Source of the DNA: a virus
Direction: 5' to 3' (one strand)
DNA: 64,000 nucleotides
Virus record (IMG/VR): IMGVR_UViG_3300030104_004245
Span: 1-64,000 of that record
Below the pieces are notes generated by a model that was not told the DNA's origin, did no database searches, and saw only the letters and a program-made list of their open reading frames with translations. Below, in pieces: positions 1 through 11,387 of the stretch; within the stretch, counting starts at the first letter, position 1, and each line of letters opens with the position of its first letter. The translations under genes were made by a program, and so were the position numbers.

Positions 1-516
1 CTTCTGATTTTTATCTCTCCTAACTTTTTCATCTTTTTCAGAAACCACAAGACCTTCTTTTGTGTATATCAAAGTTGAAGGAATACCCTTACGCTCTTGT
101 TCTATAGACCAATCAGCTCCTCTTCTTTCTGCTTCTATTTCATTTTTCCAAATAGTATTATATGCTCTCTTTAGAGCCGGCTCATTATGAACTTTATTTC
201 CATAACCAACTGGATTTAAATTTCTATTTAAATTATCTTTCCAATTTATAATATTATTTATTTTACTACCAATTCCTCCACCTTCTTGTTGTTTATTAGA
301 AAATTTATTATCCTTTAATGGTACTTCAAATACTGTATTACCTGGAAATGTATATCTTGCACCTGGCATCATAAGCTTAGTATTACCAAGATTATCTATA
401 CCAACAACAGGGTGTTCAACATTTTTCATAGTTATATCTCTTGAGTTAATTTCAAGCCATGGTTCATGTTGATCTACACTTCCTTTTTTATATCCGTTCT
501 TGCTGTATTTTTTCAT
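1..516 (-). CDS. Partial (runs off window) virion/cargo-type protein of crAss-like phage
   Basis: Not in ORF track. ATG overlaps the upstream stop (TAATG). Hand translation MKKYSKNGYKKGSVDQHEPWLEINSRDITMKNVEHPVVGIDNLGNTKLMMPGARYTFPGNTVFEVP...KQQEGG resembles an N-terminal domain I recall from crAss-like virion-associated proteins. Confidence 0.7.
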   Translation of the reverse strand, partial: MKKYSKNGYKKGSVDQHEPWLEINSRDITMKNVEHPVVGIDNLGNTKLMMPGARYTFPGNTVFEVPLKDNKFSNKQQEGGGIGSKINNIINWKDNLNRNLNPVGYGNKVHNEPALKRAYNTIWKNEIEAERRGADWSIEQERKGIPSTLIYTKEGLVVSEKDEKVRRDKNQK

Positions 517-3500
517 TATCTAAAAGATGTGTTAAGTTTTGTATTTGTTAATTTAAGAATCATTTTTTTATCTTCAGGTAAATAATGTTCTACTATTTCA
601 CCTTCTACCATTTCTATATAATCTAATTCAGGAGCTCTTCTTAAAAGTATTTTATGAGCATAATGTCTAAACTTTTTTTGTTCTTCATTTACTTTTTGAT
701 AATCTAAATTTTGTTGATTTAGTGATTTATGATATCCGTCTAGATCTGTAATAAATTGTGTTCTTGCTACATTTCTATTATCTGTAATATCCCAAAATTG
801 ATTAAATCTAAATTTATTTTCTATTTTAGAAAAAGCAATTTGATATGCATTAGTAGCTACATCATAAAAAGGATACTGTGTTAAAGTTGCAAGACTTTCT
901 AAATTTAATTTTAATAATCCTGAAATTTGTTCTGTGTTATAAATAATAGCTTCATTAAAGTTATGATTTTTAACATGATATCTATCTTCACATCTAGTAT
1001 CACTTGGTTCACCTAAATCAGTTGTAGGTGTATCATAGTTTCCAATATCTATTGCTAACTGTTGAAGATATTTATAAGACTCAAGTTGATATTCTACACT
1101 TCTTAATGTTTCTACACTTTGTCCAACAGATGCTACATATTCTATTTCCCAAGGATAAGCTTTATCATAATAGTTAGCAAATAAATCACATCTAGCATTA
1201 TGCTTCCAAATTCCACCACACATAAAACTGGCATCCATAGATATTTCACCATCATAAATACACATTCTAGGATTAGGATTAATATAATCTGAATATCCAA
1301 CTTCTATAAGATCATCACATTCACCAGTTTCTGTAAGAGTTAAATTACTTGCATCAACGCTAATTCCAGGAGTTTCTGGACAATAGCATTCAATTTTTCT
1401 ACATTCTACTTGATCAGGTCTACAATCTTCATCAGGTCTTGGATTAGTTGTTAGTACAAATTCTCCATCACTATTTGCCCAAAACATTTCCATATCATCA
1501 GGGCAAGTACAAAGTTGAGGTGGTTGACATGCAGCTAATTGTAATTGTTCTCCTAGCTGTAGTATATTATTCATTCCTAAATGCCACTGATTAAGTCCTA
1601 ATTGTCCTGTAACACCATCCATATCTACATTACTATATCCTGGATTTTCTGAAGAAGACACGTCATCAACATCAATAAAAACTGAATGAATTTCACAAGG
1701 AACTTCTGTACCATCTGGTAATGTATGTGTACCACCTTGATAATCACTAAAATTACCACCAACATTTTGTGTACTATCAGATACAACAATTGCTATTTGT
1801 TTATATCCAAATAAACCTGTTCTATCTCCTAATGCACTATTTGCTGGATATTTTAATGTAGCATCTAAAATATCTACTGCTAAACTACCACTTGTGCCTC
1901 CATCTGCATTAGGCATATATTGTCCCCAGTCTCCACCATCAGCATATGCGTCATTTGACATCCCTATATTCCATCTTTCATCAATAGAATTTTCTGTTGG
2001 TATATTAGTATTAGCATCATCACAATAATTTAGAATACAAAATCCTCCTGGAAATGGAAAATTTTCAGACACTTGATCATATATTGGTAATGCTGCTGCT
2101 ACATTTTCTGCAGGTAAATCATCTGCAAATGTATATAATCTTTGTGCATGTGGAGTACGTACTGCGCTATTAGGAACGTCAGAAGTAGGACTATTCCAAT
2201 TACCCCAACCTATTTGAACATATCCTGCAAGCATTGCGTCTTCATATTGATCAACAAATGCATTAAGGAAAGTTCTTTGATTATCAATAGCACAAACACC
2301 ACCTGAGCAAACACTAGAACCTGTTGAACCAGAAGTATCAATTGCAAGTACAAGATCTATTAAACATTCTGATCTTGCTAATTCAGCTGTTCCTGCTTCT
2401 TGTGTAACAACATTATTAACAGCTTCAACTGTACTAGATATGTCTTGAATACATTGATCGGTTTCTGAATCATAACTCCATCCTTCTGGACAATATGCCT
2501 CATTATTAAGTTTATCTTCTATTGACTGAGTTGTAAGAAAATGATTTAAACTTGGTAATGCAAGTTCTGGATGCCAATCATGGAATGAAATAAATGATTG
2601 AGATTTTGGATCATAACTTACAGTCCATGATACATCTTTAAAGTATTCACTATCTCCTAACTCAATTGGATATGTGCTATCTGTTAATGTAACATCTTTA
2701 CAGTTTATTGTACTAAGATCTTGAAAAGCTCTATAACATATTACATCATATTGTTCTGGTTTTAGACACATTGATTCATCCGCATCTGTTTGATATATTC
2801 CATCATCTATTACCATATTATATCCATAAGGACATACACAAGTATCAACTCTTATTGTTTCATATTCTTGTGTAGGAGTTGTATCAGTTGGTCCATCACC
2901 ACTACCATCAGTAGTATCACCATTACCAGTTGATCCGTCAGTTGATCCATCACTTGAAGGACCGCCAAAAGTAGATCCGTTACCTTGCTGACTAGCTGTA
3001 GTGCTACCTTGTATTGGTTCAAATATTCTCATATATTGTGCTAATACTAATCCTCTATCTGGATCACCATCATCAGCACCTTGAGCATAGTCTGCAACAA
3101 TCATTAATCTATTGTTAGTATATGTTTGAGTAGGGGTAAACTCAACATAGTATTCTTGCCAAACATATTTATTATATACGTAATTACCATTACCATCTTG
3201 TTGTAAACTAACATTGTTATTTCCTTCTGCTGATCCAGCATCACTTACATATATTGTAGCTATTTCTTGACGGTTAATAGTACCAGCAGAAGCTGAATCT
3301 TTATTTTCTTTCCAATTCAATCCATCTGCTACATCATCACCCCCAAGAAAAACTCTAACTAAAGTAGCTTCACCGTTTGCTATTTTACCAGTAGTATTTG
3401 TTCCTACATCACCACAACCTCCAACAAGAGAACCTGGTGATTGTCTAAAGCAACATGGCTCTGCAAAAGTATTAATTCTTTGTTCAGTATCCATTGCATA

Positions 3501-6500
3501 TGCTTTTTTAGGAAGTCTTAAACGAACAGAAAACGCATACGTTTGTCCCACTGTAAGATTAGGAAGAGCATCAACTGTAGTACCATTATCTGGATGATTT
3601 AAAGCTGCATCTCCAGTCCATAAAGCTGTTCCTGCAGGTATTCCAGCATAAGGCCAATCACCATTAGCACCAAGAGTACCAATTGGAGGTGTAGCTCTCC
3701 AAAAGTTTGGAGAATCTCCGGCAGAATTATTTTTCCAACCTGGTGTAGAAATATATCCTGTTAAACCTCCAATAAACCATGATGTAGTTGGATCAGGAAA
3801 AGTATTAGTACCCGCACTATAAAGAGGATTATTTACAGCAGAACAATAATCAGTAGGAGGAGTTACATCATAAATATTATCAGGACAAAATTCGTCTTGT
3901 GAACCCCATTGAAATGGTATTGGATCATCATATGGAGTAACGTCAGTTATAAAAAAGAAAGGTTGTGGTGGCATTGTTCCTCCTGCGCCCATTACATTTC
4001 CTCCTTCTAATGGGAAAGGGCCCCATGTATTAAGTGATGGACAAAATGGTACAGGTGTATCATTATAGTCATTTAGCCAATTAGTTTTCCAATTCCATGG
4101 TCCATTGTTAATATCATGTACAGTCCAAGGTTGACCTGTATCAGGATTGTCTCCTAGAGTAGTAGGATATTCATTTATAGGTTTTGCTCCTCCATATACT
4201 CTCCATCCAACATCTACTACAGAATTAGTACTGGGTTTATGATACCATCTAGGAACACAATTAGAATTAGAATCCCAATAAAAATATTTTAAACCCCCCA
4301 TGCTATTAGCCCAAATTTGCTGATAATCATCAGGGTTTATTGTAGAAGAATTGTTATCAGTAACTTGTTCGCTTCCTGGTTGAGATACTGGATTATCATC
4401 ATCATCATTATCAACAGGTACCTGTTCATCATAATAACCAAGAATAGGTTCTTCAGTATCTTCTTCTATAATGTTTTCATCATAATCACAACATGTAGGT
4501 TCTGCAAGAACTTCTCCTGTTCCAGGATGTGTATCTCCTACATCATACAATATATAACCGGTAGGACACTCCATTGTTTGCTCTCCACCACCACAAAGAG
4601 TAGAATTATAAACAAATCCTTGTTCTGGATCATATTCTATGCATTGAGTGTCAATAGGTGCATAATCCTTTTTACAGAAATAAATTAAATCATAATTTGG
4701 ATCATATATGGATTGACAACCTACACCAACTACTGGGTTATCTGCATCAACAGTTCCTTCTATTTCTGGGAAGTAATGTAATAATGATGAAGGTAAGTAT
4801 TTATTAAACCAATGTTTCATTCCATAGTTTGCAATATTACTTATACCTTGACCAGTATAATGGAATATTTTACCTTGAGCTTGTGATATATAATACAGTC
4901 CTGATGGTGTATTAACAACACTACGCATGCTTTCACAAGATCCATATTCATGAGATAGATCTGCATTAGTTACATTTTGCATTGGATTGCTAAACAAACC
5001 TCCGTCACCTATAGTTAACTTTGTTTTAAGATCTGTTGTTAATTGATCTACACCTTGGAACATTTGTGGAGCTAGATGTGGAAATAATATCATAGCACCA
5101 GACTTAGATATAGGTTTAACAACATTTACTTGATTCTTAAACTCTTTATAGTTGTTAGGTAAGAATACTTTCCAGAAATCTTTTTTAGATTCTTTAGAAG
5201 CTTGATTAGAATAAATTAATCTTTTAGGATAATAATCATAACATACTTCTGCAACTAATGGATCATAATCTCTTGGTTGAATAGTACCAAAAGTTATAAG
5301 TTGTGTAAAGAATTTATTTTTAGATAATGATTGATCATACTTATAGAAATTACCATCCCTAATAATCTTAGCATCAAATAATGCTCTTGTATCTGTATAC
5401 TCTAACCAATCATAATGTGTTTTTCCTGGAACATCTTCCCAGTCTCTTAATGCAGTATTTATTTCTGATTCTACAAAAAAGTCATTTACACCACTACAAT
5501 GAGTATACATATATTTACCGCTTAATACCCAAATACTAGGAGCACCACTACTTAACTCACCACCACCAGGATTACCACTAACAGCTGCAGATAATTCAGG
5601 AAAAAGACCTCCATCATCTAATTGTCTAAATGAACTAGGTATACCTCCGTTCATCCAGTTAAAACTTAAAGATGTTAAAGGCTCTACAAAACCAGACATA
5701 TCATATCTTTCAAAATTTGCCCAATATCTTGGATAAGGAACATTAATTCTATTTCTATAATCAAAAGGATATCCATCTGGTTGATCATATAAAAAGTCCC
5801 ACCAGAATGGCATTATAACTTTTTCTGTATATCTAGCTAAATAAGTATCACCACCAAAACATAAACGTGAATTAAATGTAGTATTGTTACTAACTTCAAG
5901 TTCACCATCTTCAGTAATTAAATTTCTTTTTATTAAATCATTTTCAAAATCTATATAACATGATGGTGCAGGTATTTGACGTATACCATCTAGTTGTCCA
6001 TATTGATTGCTAAAAGCTAATTTAAGACCTACATAATGTGCAGAAATTGCTCCAGATAAATCTCCACTAGGATTTCCAAATATTCCAGAATTAGTCCCTA
6101 AAGTAAATTTAGAATTATCCCCTGCAACATTACTTGACGGAGTTAAATTTGTACCTTCAGTTTTAAGAGCAACTGTAGCAGGTCTATTAAGATTATTTAT
6201 TTTAATATTTTGAGATAAATTTTGAAAACTATCTCCAACATATCTTGCTTTATCAATTTTAGCTCTATATACATCTCCTGTATTTTTAGTATTTAAATAT
6301 AATCCGTGTGAGCTATATTTTAATACATAATCTCTATAACTAGAAAGATTATAAATAAGATCTATAATTTCTTGTCCGCCTGTAGAAACATGATTCATAA
6401 ACTGATACAGTTTTGAAAATATTTGAACAAAGTTAGGTAGACTTTTATTTCTTGATCCTTCTTGTACAACTTCATCTTGAGGACCCATATGACCAGATGT

Positions 6501-9254
6501 ACTCTTTTTAGCTTTATTATGAGCTTTATTCATATTCCTCATATACTTACCTTCACCTGCTTTTGCAGAAGAAGCTACATTTGTACTAAACGGCCATGCA
6601 TGTGAATCCATTGCTGCCTCTGGATTTGTATCTTCAGTTGCATCTCCAGCAACTATTAAAGCAATGTCAGCAGGATTTCCAGCCGCTACTTGTTGACCTT
6701 CATTTCCATCAGAAGCAGAATTTTCAGTTTCGTGTGCTTCAACATTATCTTTAGCCATTTCCACCATATGTGGCTCTTGAGAAGGAGCATCTCCTCCACC
6801 GTATATTGGTGTATTAGCTTGACCAGGATAATTAACTTCTGCAACATCTGTGTCAGTATCAGTTGTATCAATAGTATCTGTAGTATTCCATGTATCTGTT
6901 AAAAGATATTTATCTGCTGTTGAAATACCTGTTACTTCACCAGTTACTAATCCATATATTGTTCCTTCTGCGCTTGCAACAAATGGAATAAAATCTACTT
7001 CTGCACTTACAGTTCCACCTGTTATTGTACCACCTGATGTTTCTGTTCCTAACGTTTTTACTGTTCCTGTAGTCTGAACTGTTCCACTTCTTTTTTCTGT
7101 ACCATCTCTATCTGTAATTTCATAAGGTCCTATATTTTTACCAATAGATAATGAACCTCCTGACTTTTGTTTCTTAGTTCTTTTACCACGCATTTCACCT
7201 AAAGCATAACCCATACCAATAATGGCTGCAACAAATGCTGATATATCTCTTAATAGTTTTTGACCTGGATGTTTTTCTGATTTATAAAATCTACCTACAG
7301 ACATACCTGAAGTTACACCATAACTTTTAACTTCATAAGGATTTAAGAAAGGTCTATTAAATGATGTTTCAGGTGAATGAAATGTAAATACATCTTTTTT
7401 TACATTAGCACTAGATAAAGGACCTCCTAAAGTACCAGGATTATCAATAGGATTATTAGTTGTTAAATAAGGATCTGAACCTAAATCATTAAATGGATAA
7501 TTAGGAAATACACCTTGTATAATACCTTGACCATCTGAGTCTTGTTCTGGTATTTGATATTTAAACATATTTCTTATTATTCCTTTTGCTATAATAGATT
7601 TATGTCCTTCTCTAGAACCCACTAAAATTTCAAATCCTTTTATATTTGGAATACGTTGACCATAGTTATCTGTAGGCCAAACAATATTTTCAAATTCAAC
7701 TGCTAATAAATATATACTTTGTGCATCTGATGTTGATCTATGACAAACATCATCTGTTTGTTCATCTGGCATTTTATGATGTCTTATAGGCACACCACAT
7801 AAGTCTCCCCATATATCAGGTTGTGTAGCAGGATATTTTTCTACTGATTCCCAATATCCCATATAACCTTTACCAGCAATATAACCTCCATCATTTAAAG
7901 TATCACCAACAGTATAACCTGGTAATGCATCAAGTCTAGATGCTGTATTTTCTACTTGCCATCTTAAGTTATCACTATCAATAACATTAGAACCACCTAC
8001 AACATCCATATCATTGCCATCTGGAGCTCTACCTGGTATATGATAAGATGAAGATTTTTCTCCAGTAGTATAAACAAACCTTATAAAAAATGAATATTGT
8101 TCATCTCTCATAAAAGTTGTTTTATTACCACCATTAGCATAATAATTAGCAGGATATCTTACAGATACCCAATGAGCTACTATTTCATTTGCTTGTTTTT
8201 GATAATTAAAATCAAATTGTGTAGTTGGTCCTTGCCTAATAAGATAGTCATTTACTACATACATCTTATCTGATTTTTCAAAAGCAGGAGTTCTTAATGG
8301 TAAAAACTCAATAGGCACACTTTCTAACTTCTGATCTATATAGCTTATTTCAATAAAAGATTGTTCTGTACTATACAAGCCAATTTTTTTAGCTTGCATT
8401 TGTCCTTGGTTATTACTAGCAATAACTAATTCAAAAAATTCAAACTCTTTATCTAAATTTGAAATTTCTAATGTTAATGAAGCTTGACCATCTTCGTGTG
8501 AAAATAAAGGTTGTAAATTAGATTGTCCAACATAATCACTTATTTTTTGTTCATTGAGTGTATAGGCTATAAAAGCTTGATATGATCCATTTCTTAATTG
8601 ACCACCTTTTTTTGATTTTTGTAAATCCATACAAGGTATATCAATAAAAGGAGCTAATCTTACTCTTTCACAATCAAGTCTTAAAGGTTGAGCATCTTCA
8701 TATATGACGCAATCAGATGTTGGATTACCGTCTTCATCAACAGGAGAAGTAATTATTTGTTTCCATGGTATGTTTCTATTAGAAGGTATATCATCTCCAA
8801 AACCTAAATTAAGCGTTCTAGAAGGATTTAAACCATCATCCCAATATATTTGCCAAGAGCAATCAAAATTCTCTTTAGAAGCTCCTGTAATTAAATATCT
8901 CTTATTAAAGTTTAAACATGTATCATTTACTAATGTAGTATATTCACATTTACTATCATCAAATAAAGCAATCTCACTAGTTTGATTATCAGTGGACATT
9001 ACTATCCATTTATCAGCATATAAATGTATAGCACCAATAATTGTATAGGGTGCACAACCACACTTCCAATTAGCTGGCTCATTTCCAATAGATCCTACAT
9101 CTCCTTTTTGTGAATTATTAACGCAGTTTCTACAATGAGTCCAAGCCTCCTTTCCTACCAAAGAGGTATTAGGATCCTTAACCATACCTTTAACAGGCAG
9201 TTCTGTATCTACTTTTGTAGTATTTTGAAGCTGTGGACGTTGTTGTTCTGCCAT
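516..9254 (-). CDS. Giant tail hub/muzzle (tail stabilization) protein with inserted vWA, lectin-like and Cys-rich modules
   Basis: 2912 aa, lies directly after the ring proteins. Has segments typical of crAss-like stabilization proteins (WTVSYDP..FISFHDWHP, PIRHHKMPD, FGGDTYLARY) and an internal DTSGS MIDAS motif. Confidence 0.75.
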   Translation of the reverse strand: MAEQQRPQLQNTTKVDTELPVKGMVKDPNTSLVGKEAWTHCRNCVNNSQKGDVGSIGNEPANWKCGCAPYTIIGAIHLYADKWIVMSTDNQTSEIALFDDSKCEYTTLVNDTCLNFNKRYLITGASKENFDCSWQIYWDDGLNPSRTLNLGFGDDIPSNRNIPWKQIITSPVDEDGNPTSDCVIYEDAQPLRLDCERVRLAPFIDIPCMDLQKSKKGGQLRNGSYQAFIAYTLNEQKISDYVGQSNLQPLFSHEDGQASLTLEISNLDKEFEFFELVIASNNQGQMQAKKIGLYSTEQSFIEISYIDQKLESVPIEFLPLRTPAFEKSDKMYVVNDYLIRQGPTTQFDFNYQKQANEIVAHWVSVRYPANYYANGGNKTTFMRDEQYSFFIRFVYTTGEKSSSYHIPGRAPDGNDMDVVGGSNVIDSDNLRWQVENTASRLDALPGYTVGDTLNDGGYIAGKGYMGYWESVEKYPATQPDIWGDLCGVPIRHHKMPDEQTDDVCHRSTSDAQSIYLLAVEFENIVWPTDNYGQRIPNIKGFEILVGSREGHKSIIAKGIIRNMFKYQIPEQDSDGQGIIQGVFPNYPFNDLGSDPYLTTNNPIDNPGTLGGPLSSANVKKDVFTFHSPETSFNRPFLNPYEVKSYGVTSGMSVGRFYKSEKHPGQKLLRDISAFVAAIIGMGYALGEMRGKRTKKQKSGGSLSIGKNIGPYEITDRDGTEKRSGTVQTTGTVKTLGTETSGGTITGGTVSAEVDFIPFVASAEGTIYGLVTGEVTGISTADKYLLTDTWNTTDTIDTTDTDTDVAEVNYPGQANTPIYGGGDAPSQEPHMVEMAKDNVEAHETENSASDGNEGQQVAAGNPADIALIVAGDATEDTNPEAAMDSHAWPFSTNVASSAKAGEGKYMRNMNKAHNKAKKSTSGHMGPQDEVVQEGSRNKSLPNFVQIFSKLYQFMNHVSTGGQEIIDLIYNLSSYRDYVLKYSSHGLYLNTKNTGDVYRAKIDKARYVGDSFQNLSQNIKINNLNRPATVALKTEGTNLTPSSNVAGDNSKFTLGTNSGIFGNPSGDLSGAISAHYVGLKLAFSNQYGQLDGIRQIPAPSCYIDFENDLIKRNLITEDGELEVSNNTTFNSRLCFGGDTYLARYTEKVIMPFWWDFLYDQPDGYPFDYRNRINVPYPRYWANFERYDMSGFVEPLTSLSFNWMNGGIPSSFRQLDDGGLFPELSAAVSGNPGGGELSSGAPSIWVLSGKYMYTHCSGVNDFFVESEINTALRDWEDVPGKTHYDWLEYTDTRALFDAKIIRDGNFYKYDQSLSKNKFFTQLITFGTIQPRDYDPLVAEVCYDYYPKRLIYSNQASKESKKDFWKVFLPNNYKEFKNQVNVVKPISKSGAMILFPHLAPQMFQGVDQLTTDLKTKLTIGDGGLFSNPMQNVTNADLSHEYGSCESMRSVVNTPSGLYYISQAQGKIFHYTGQGISNIANYGMKHWFNKYLPSSLLHYFPEIEGTVDADNPVVGVGCQSIYDPNYDLIYFCKKDYAPIDTQCIEYDPEQGFVYNSTLCGGGEQTMECPTGYILYDVGDTHPGTGEVLAEPTCCDYDENIIEEDTEEPILGYYDEQVPVDNDDDDNPVSQPGSEQVTDNNSSTINPDDYQQIWANSMGGLKYFYWDSNSNCVPRWYHKPSTNSVVDVGWRVYGGAKPINEYPTTLGDNPDTGQPWTVHDINNGPWNWKTNWLNDYNDTPVPFCPSLNTWGPFPLEGGNVMGAGGTMPPQPFFFITDVTPYDDPIPFQWGSQDEFCPDNIYDVTPPTDYCSAVNNPLYSAGTNTFPDPTTSWFIGGLTGYISTPGWKNNSAGDSPNFWRATPPIGTLGANGDWPYAGIPAGTALWTGDAALNHPDNGTTVDALPNLTVGQTYAFSVRLRLPKKAYAMDTEQRINTFAEPCCFRQSPGSLVGGCGDVGTNTTGKIANGEATLVRVFLGGDDVADGLNWKENKDSASAGTINRQEIATIYVSDAGSAEGNNNVSLQQDGNGNYVYNKYVWQEYYVEFTPTQTYTNNRLMIVADYAQGADDGDPDRGLVLAQYMRIFEPIQGSTTASQQGNGSTFGGPSSDGSTDGSTGNGDTTDGSGDGPTDTTPTQEYETIRVDTCVCPYGYNMVIDDGIYQTDADESMCLKPEQYDVICYRAFQDLSTINCKDVTLTDSTYPIELGDSEYFKDVSWTVSYDPKSQSFISFHDWHPELALPSLNHFLTTQSIEDKLNNEAYCPEGWSYDSETDQCIQDISSTVEAVNNVVTQEAGTAELARSECLIDLVLAIDTSGSTGSSVCSGGVCAIDNQRTFLNAFVDQYEDAMLAGYVQIGWGNWNSPTSDVPNSAVRTPHAQRLYTFADDLPAENVAAALPIYDQVSENFPFPGGFCILNYCDDANTNIPTENSIDERWNIGMSNDAYADGGDWGQYMPNADGGTSGSLAVDILDATLKYPANSALGDRTGLFGYKQIAIVVSDSTQNVGGNFSDYQGGTHTLPDGTEVPCEIHSVFIDVDDVSSSENPGYSNVDMDGVTGQLGLNQWHLGMNNILQLGEQLQLAACQPPQLCTCPDDMEMFWANSDGEFVLTTNPRPDEDCRPDQVECRKIECYCPETPGISVDASNLTLTETGECDDLIEVGYSDYINPNPRMCIYDGEISMDASFMCGGIWKHNARCDLFANYYDKAYPWEIEYVASVGQSVETLRSVEYQLESYKYLQQLAIDIGNYDTPTTDLGEPSDTRCEDRYHVKNHNFNEAIIYNTEQISGLLKLNLESLATLTQYPFYDVATNAYQIAFSKIENKFRFNQFWDITDNRNVARTQFITDLDGYHKSLNQQNLDYQKVNEEQKKFRHYAHKILLRRAPELDYIEMVEGEIVEHYLPEDKKMILKLTNTKLNTSFR

Positions 9255-9265
9255 TATACAAAAAT

Positions 9266-10177
9266 TTACCTTATACTAGCGTAGCTCTTAAACATATTAT
9301 AATAATTATGGTATTGAGCTCTTCTATTAACTTGCCATATTTTTTGCATTTCTTTAAAGTCAGGAGTGTTCACAAATCCTAATGCATTATTTCTAGCAGC
9401 TCTTAATTTACCTTCTATTAATCCTAATTGCTGTGCAACATTTTCTCCATTAAATAACATGTTTTCAAGTATTCTTTGTTTAATAGCGTATTCATAATAT
9501 TCATTACAATAAGGATGATCTAATACTAATAAATCTCCTTCTCCATTTTCCATAGCTCCTTGATAATTTAAATAAACATTTCCTGATTTAAAATTTGTTA
9601 TCAAATGTTTTCCTCTTATTTCTGCAATATCTACAGCTTGTTCATTAATGTTAGGACAACTATCTTCACAAAAAGTAGCATCCCCACGTGCATGATTTTT
9701 TATCCTTAGTGGAAAATATTCACTATACTCTCTATATTGTTGAGCACCTATATTTTGAATGAGCATGTATTGCCCTTCATTTTTTGTGCCTTCACATGTT
9801 TTAACTACACATACATCTTTACATGTAGGGTCATCACAAGGTCCTGTGTCACCTCCATCTGGAGAAGGAACATATGCAGGTTGTGTTGTATCAACATGAG
9901 TTCCTGATGGTGGAGTGCTAACTAATTTATATTTTCCACAAACCCATGCATAATTTAAATATTTAAAATCTGATGGAAGTTGTGCTTTATTATGTTCTAC
10001 TTCTATTACAGTATCTTTAGTTCTATTAATTCTTAAACCTAAATCATAATTAACTCTTATTGCAACTTTAATTAATTGCTGAGGTTCTATCATTCCTTCT
10101 AATGCATAAGCAGAAAAATCAATAGTTACATCATTTATTAATTGATCAAAAGTTCTGTATTTATGTGATAGTGCCAT
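9266..10177 (-). CDS. Tail tubular/ring protein (head-tail connector)
   Basis: 303 aa, immediately upstream of the muzzle gene as in crAss-like gene order. C-terminal helical region (YYEYAIK...RAARNNA). Confidence 0.6.
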   Translation of the reverse strand: MALSHKYRTFDQLINDVTIDFSAYALEGMIEPQQLIKVAIRVNYDLGLRINRTKDTVIEVEHNKAQLPSDFKYLNYAWVCGKYKLVSTPPSGTHVDTTQPAYVPSPDGGDTGPCDDPTCKDVCVVKTCEGTKNEGQYMLIQNIGAQQYREYSEYFPLRIKNHARGDATFCEDSCPNINEQAVDIAEIRGKHLITNFKSGNVYLNYQGAMENGEGDLLVLDHPYCNEYYEYAIKQRILENMLFNGENVAQQLGLIEGKLRAARNNALGFVNTPDFKEMQKIWQVNRRAQYHNYYNMFKSYASIR

Positions 10178-10848
10178 TATCTATTAATATTTTGTTTATT
10201 ATCTGCATCTTCAGCAGGTACTTTCATTGTGTTAAATAACTCTTGTAATACTTGTTGTTCTATTTCTGCATATAGGAATTCAGGTATAAATATTCTTTGT
10301 TCATGTCTAACTACACAATCATCATCTTCATCACATGTCCATTTAGATATATCACCTTCAAAAATACCTTCTAGTTTAAAAGCTTCCCAATCAACATTAG
10401 GCATGTAGATATAATCATTTAACCACCAAAAATATTTTGTTTTATTATATTTAAAAGAAGTTGTTTTGGTCATTGATGTATATGTACCTGGAGAAGTTGC
10501 TTGACATTCTACTGAACCATCTATACTAGATACAGTCCTAATAAGTGGTCCCCAATAACCTTCTAAAAATATAGGAAGTTTGTTTTTAGATCTTTTTATT
10601 GTACAACCACTTTGTATACCTGTACAACATGCTTCTACTTTATCTACATCTATTAATTCTATAAACGGTAGAGATTGCCATACGCTATTAAATTTCATTA
10701 ATTTATTAGCACTGTCTTGCCTTCTCATTAAAAGTTGTGCATATTTTTTTAACACACTATATAAAAATCTATCTGTTAAAAATGCATCTTGGTATTCTCC
10801 TTTTATTTGACCTCTAAGTCTAGATACCACATCTCCTATTGTTGTCAT
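10177..10848 (-). CDS. Ring/adaptor structural protein
   Basis: 223 aa, translationally coupled to the next gene. Size and position match crAss-like ring proteins. Confidence 0.55.
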   Translation of the reverse strand: MTTIGDVVSRLRGQIKGEYQDAFLTDRFLYSVLKKYAQLLMRRQDSANKLMKFNSVWQSLPFIELIDVDKVEACCTGIQSGCTIKRSKNKLPIFLEGYWGPLIRTVSSIDGSVECQATSPGTYTSMTKTTSFKYNKTKYFWWLNDYIYMPNVDWEAFKLEGIFEGDISKWTCDEDDDCVVRHEQRIFIPEFLYAEIEQQVLQELFNTMKVPAEDADNKQNINR

Positions 10849-10859
10849 AGTATGAACTT

Positions 10860-11375
10860 TTATTTTTTATAAATATCTGCCACTCTTTTTTTGCTTTCCA
10901 TAACAACGTATTTACTCCATTGTTCAGGATAAGTTTTAGCAACAGATCTTTTAAATTGCCTAACAGCAGTAAACTGCCATAATTCTCTATTTTTAAACCT
11001 ATATTTGGTTTTTAAATTTGTATAAAATATTTTAGCAATTTTACCATCAGTATTTAGATTTCTATTTTCTAAGACTTTACCATACTGTCTAGAAAGTGAA
11101 TAATTAGTATTAACACTTTTTGCAGCTGGACAAGTACCTATAAATAAATAACCTAATGAATCAGGAAGCTCAACACCATTTCTATTATCTATTACCTCTT
11201 TCCATAATTTTTCATTATATAAGGTAATAACTTTTTTAAGTTTATTATTATCTATATTTTCATATGCCGGATATTTTTCTTTAAATTCCTTAAAGAGATC
11301 CGCATTTAATAAACCAAACACCTTTTCTCTATATCTAGGTGCATTTAAATCTGGAGCTTTAAAATTACTTATCAT
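10860..11375 (-). CDS. IHF/HU-like DNA-binding protein
   Basis: Helix-helix followed by 'GVELPDSLGYLFI' beta-arm pattern; basic. ATG at 11375 preferred over the TTG at 11387 because a promoter motif sits at 11388-11401. Confidence 0.5.
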   Translation of the reverse strand: MISNFKAPDLNAPRYREKVFGLLNADLFKEFKEKYPAYENIDNNKLKKVITLYNEKLWKEVIDNRNGVELPDSLGYLFIGTCPAAKSVNTNYSLSRQYGKVLENRNLNTDGKIAKIFYTNLKTKYRFKNRELWQFTAVRQFKRSVAKTYPEQWSKYVVMESKKRVADIYKK

Positions 11376-11387
11376 ATTACTATACAA

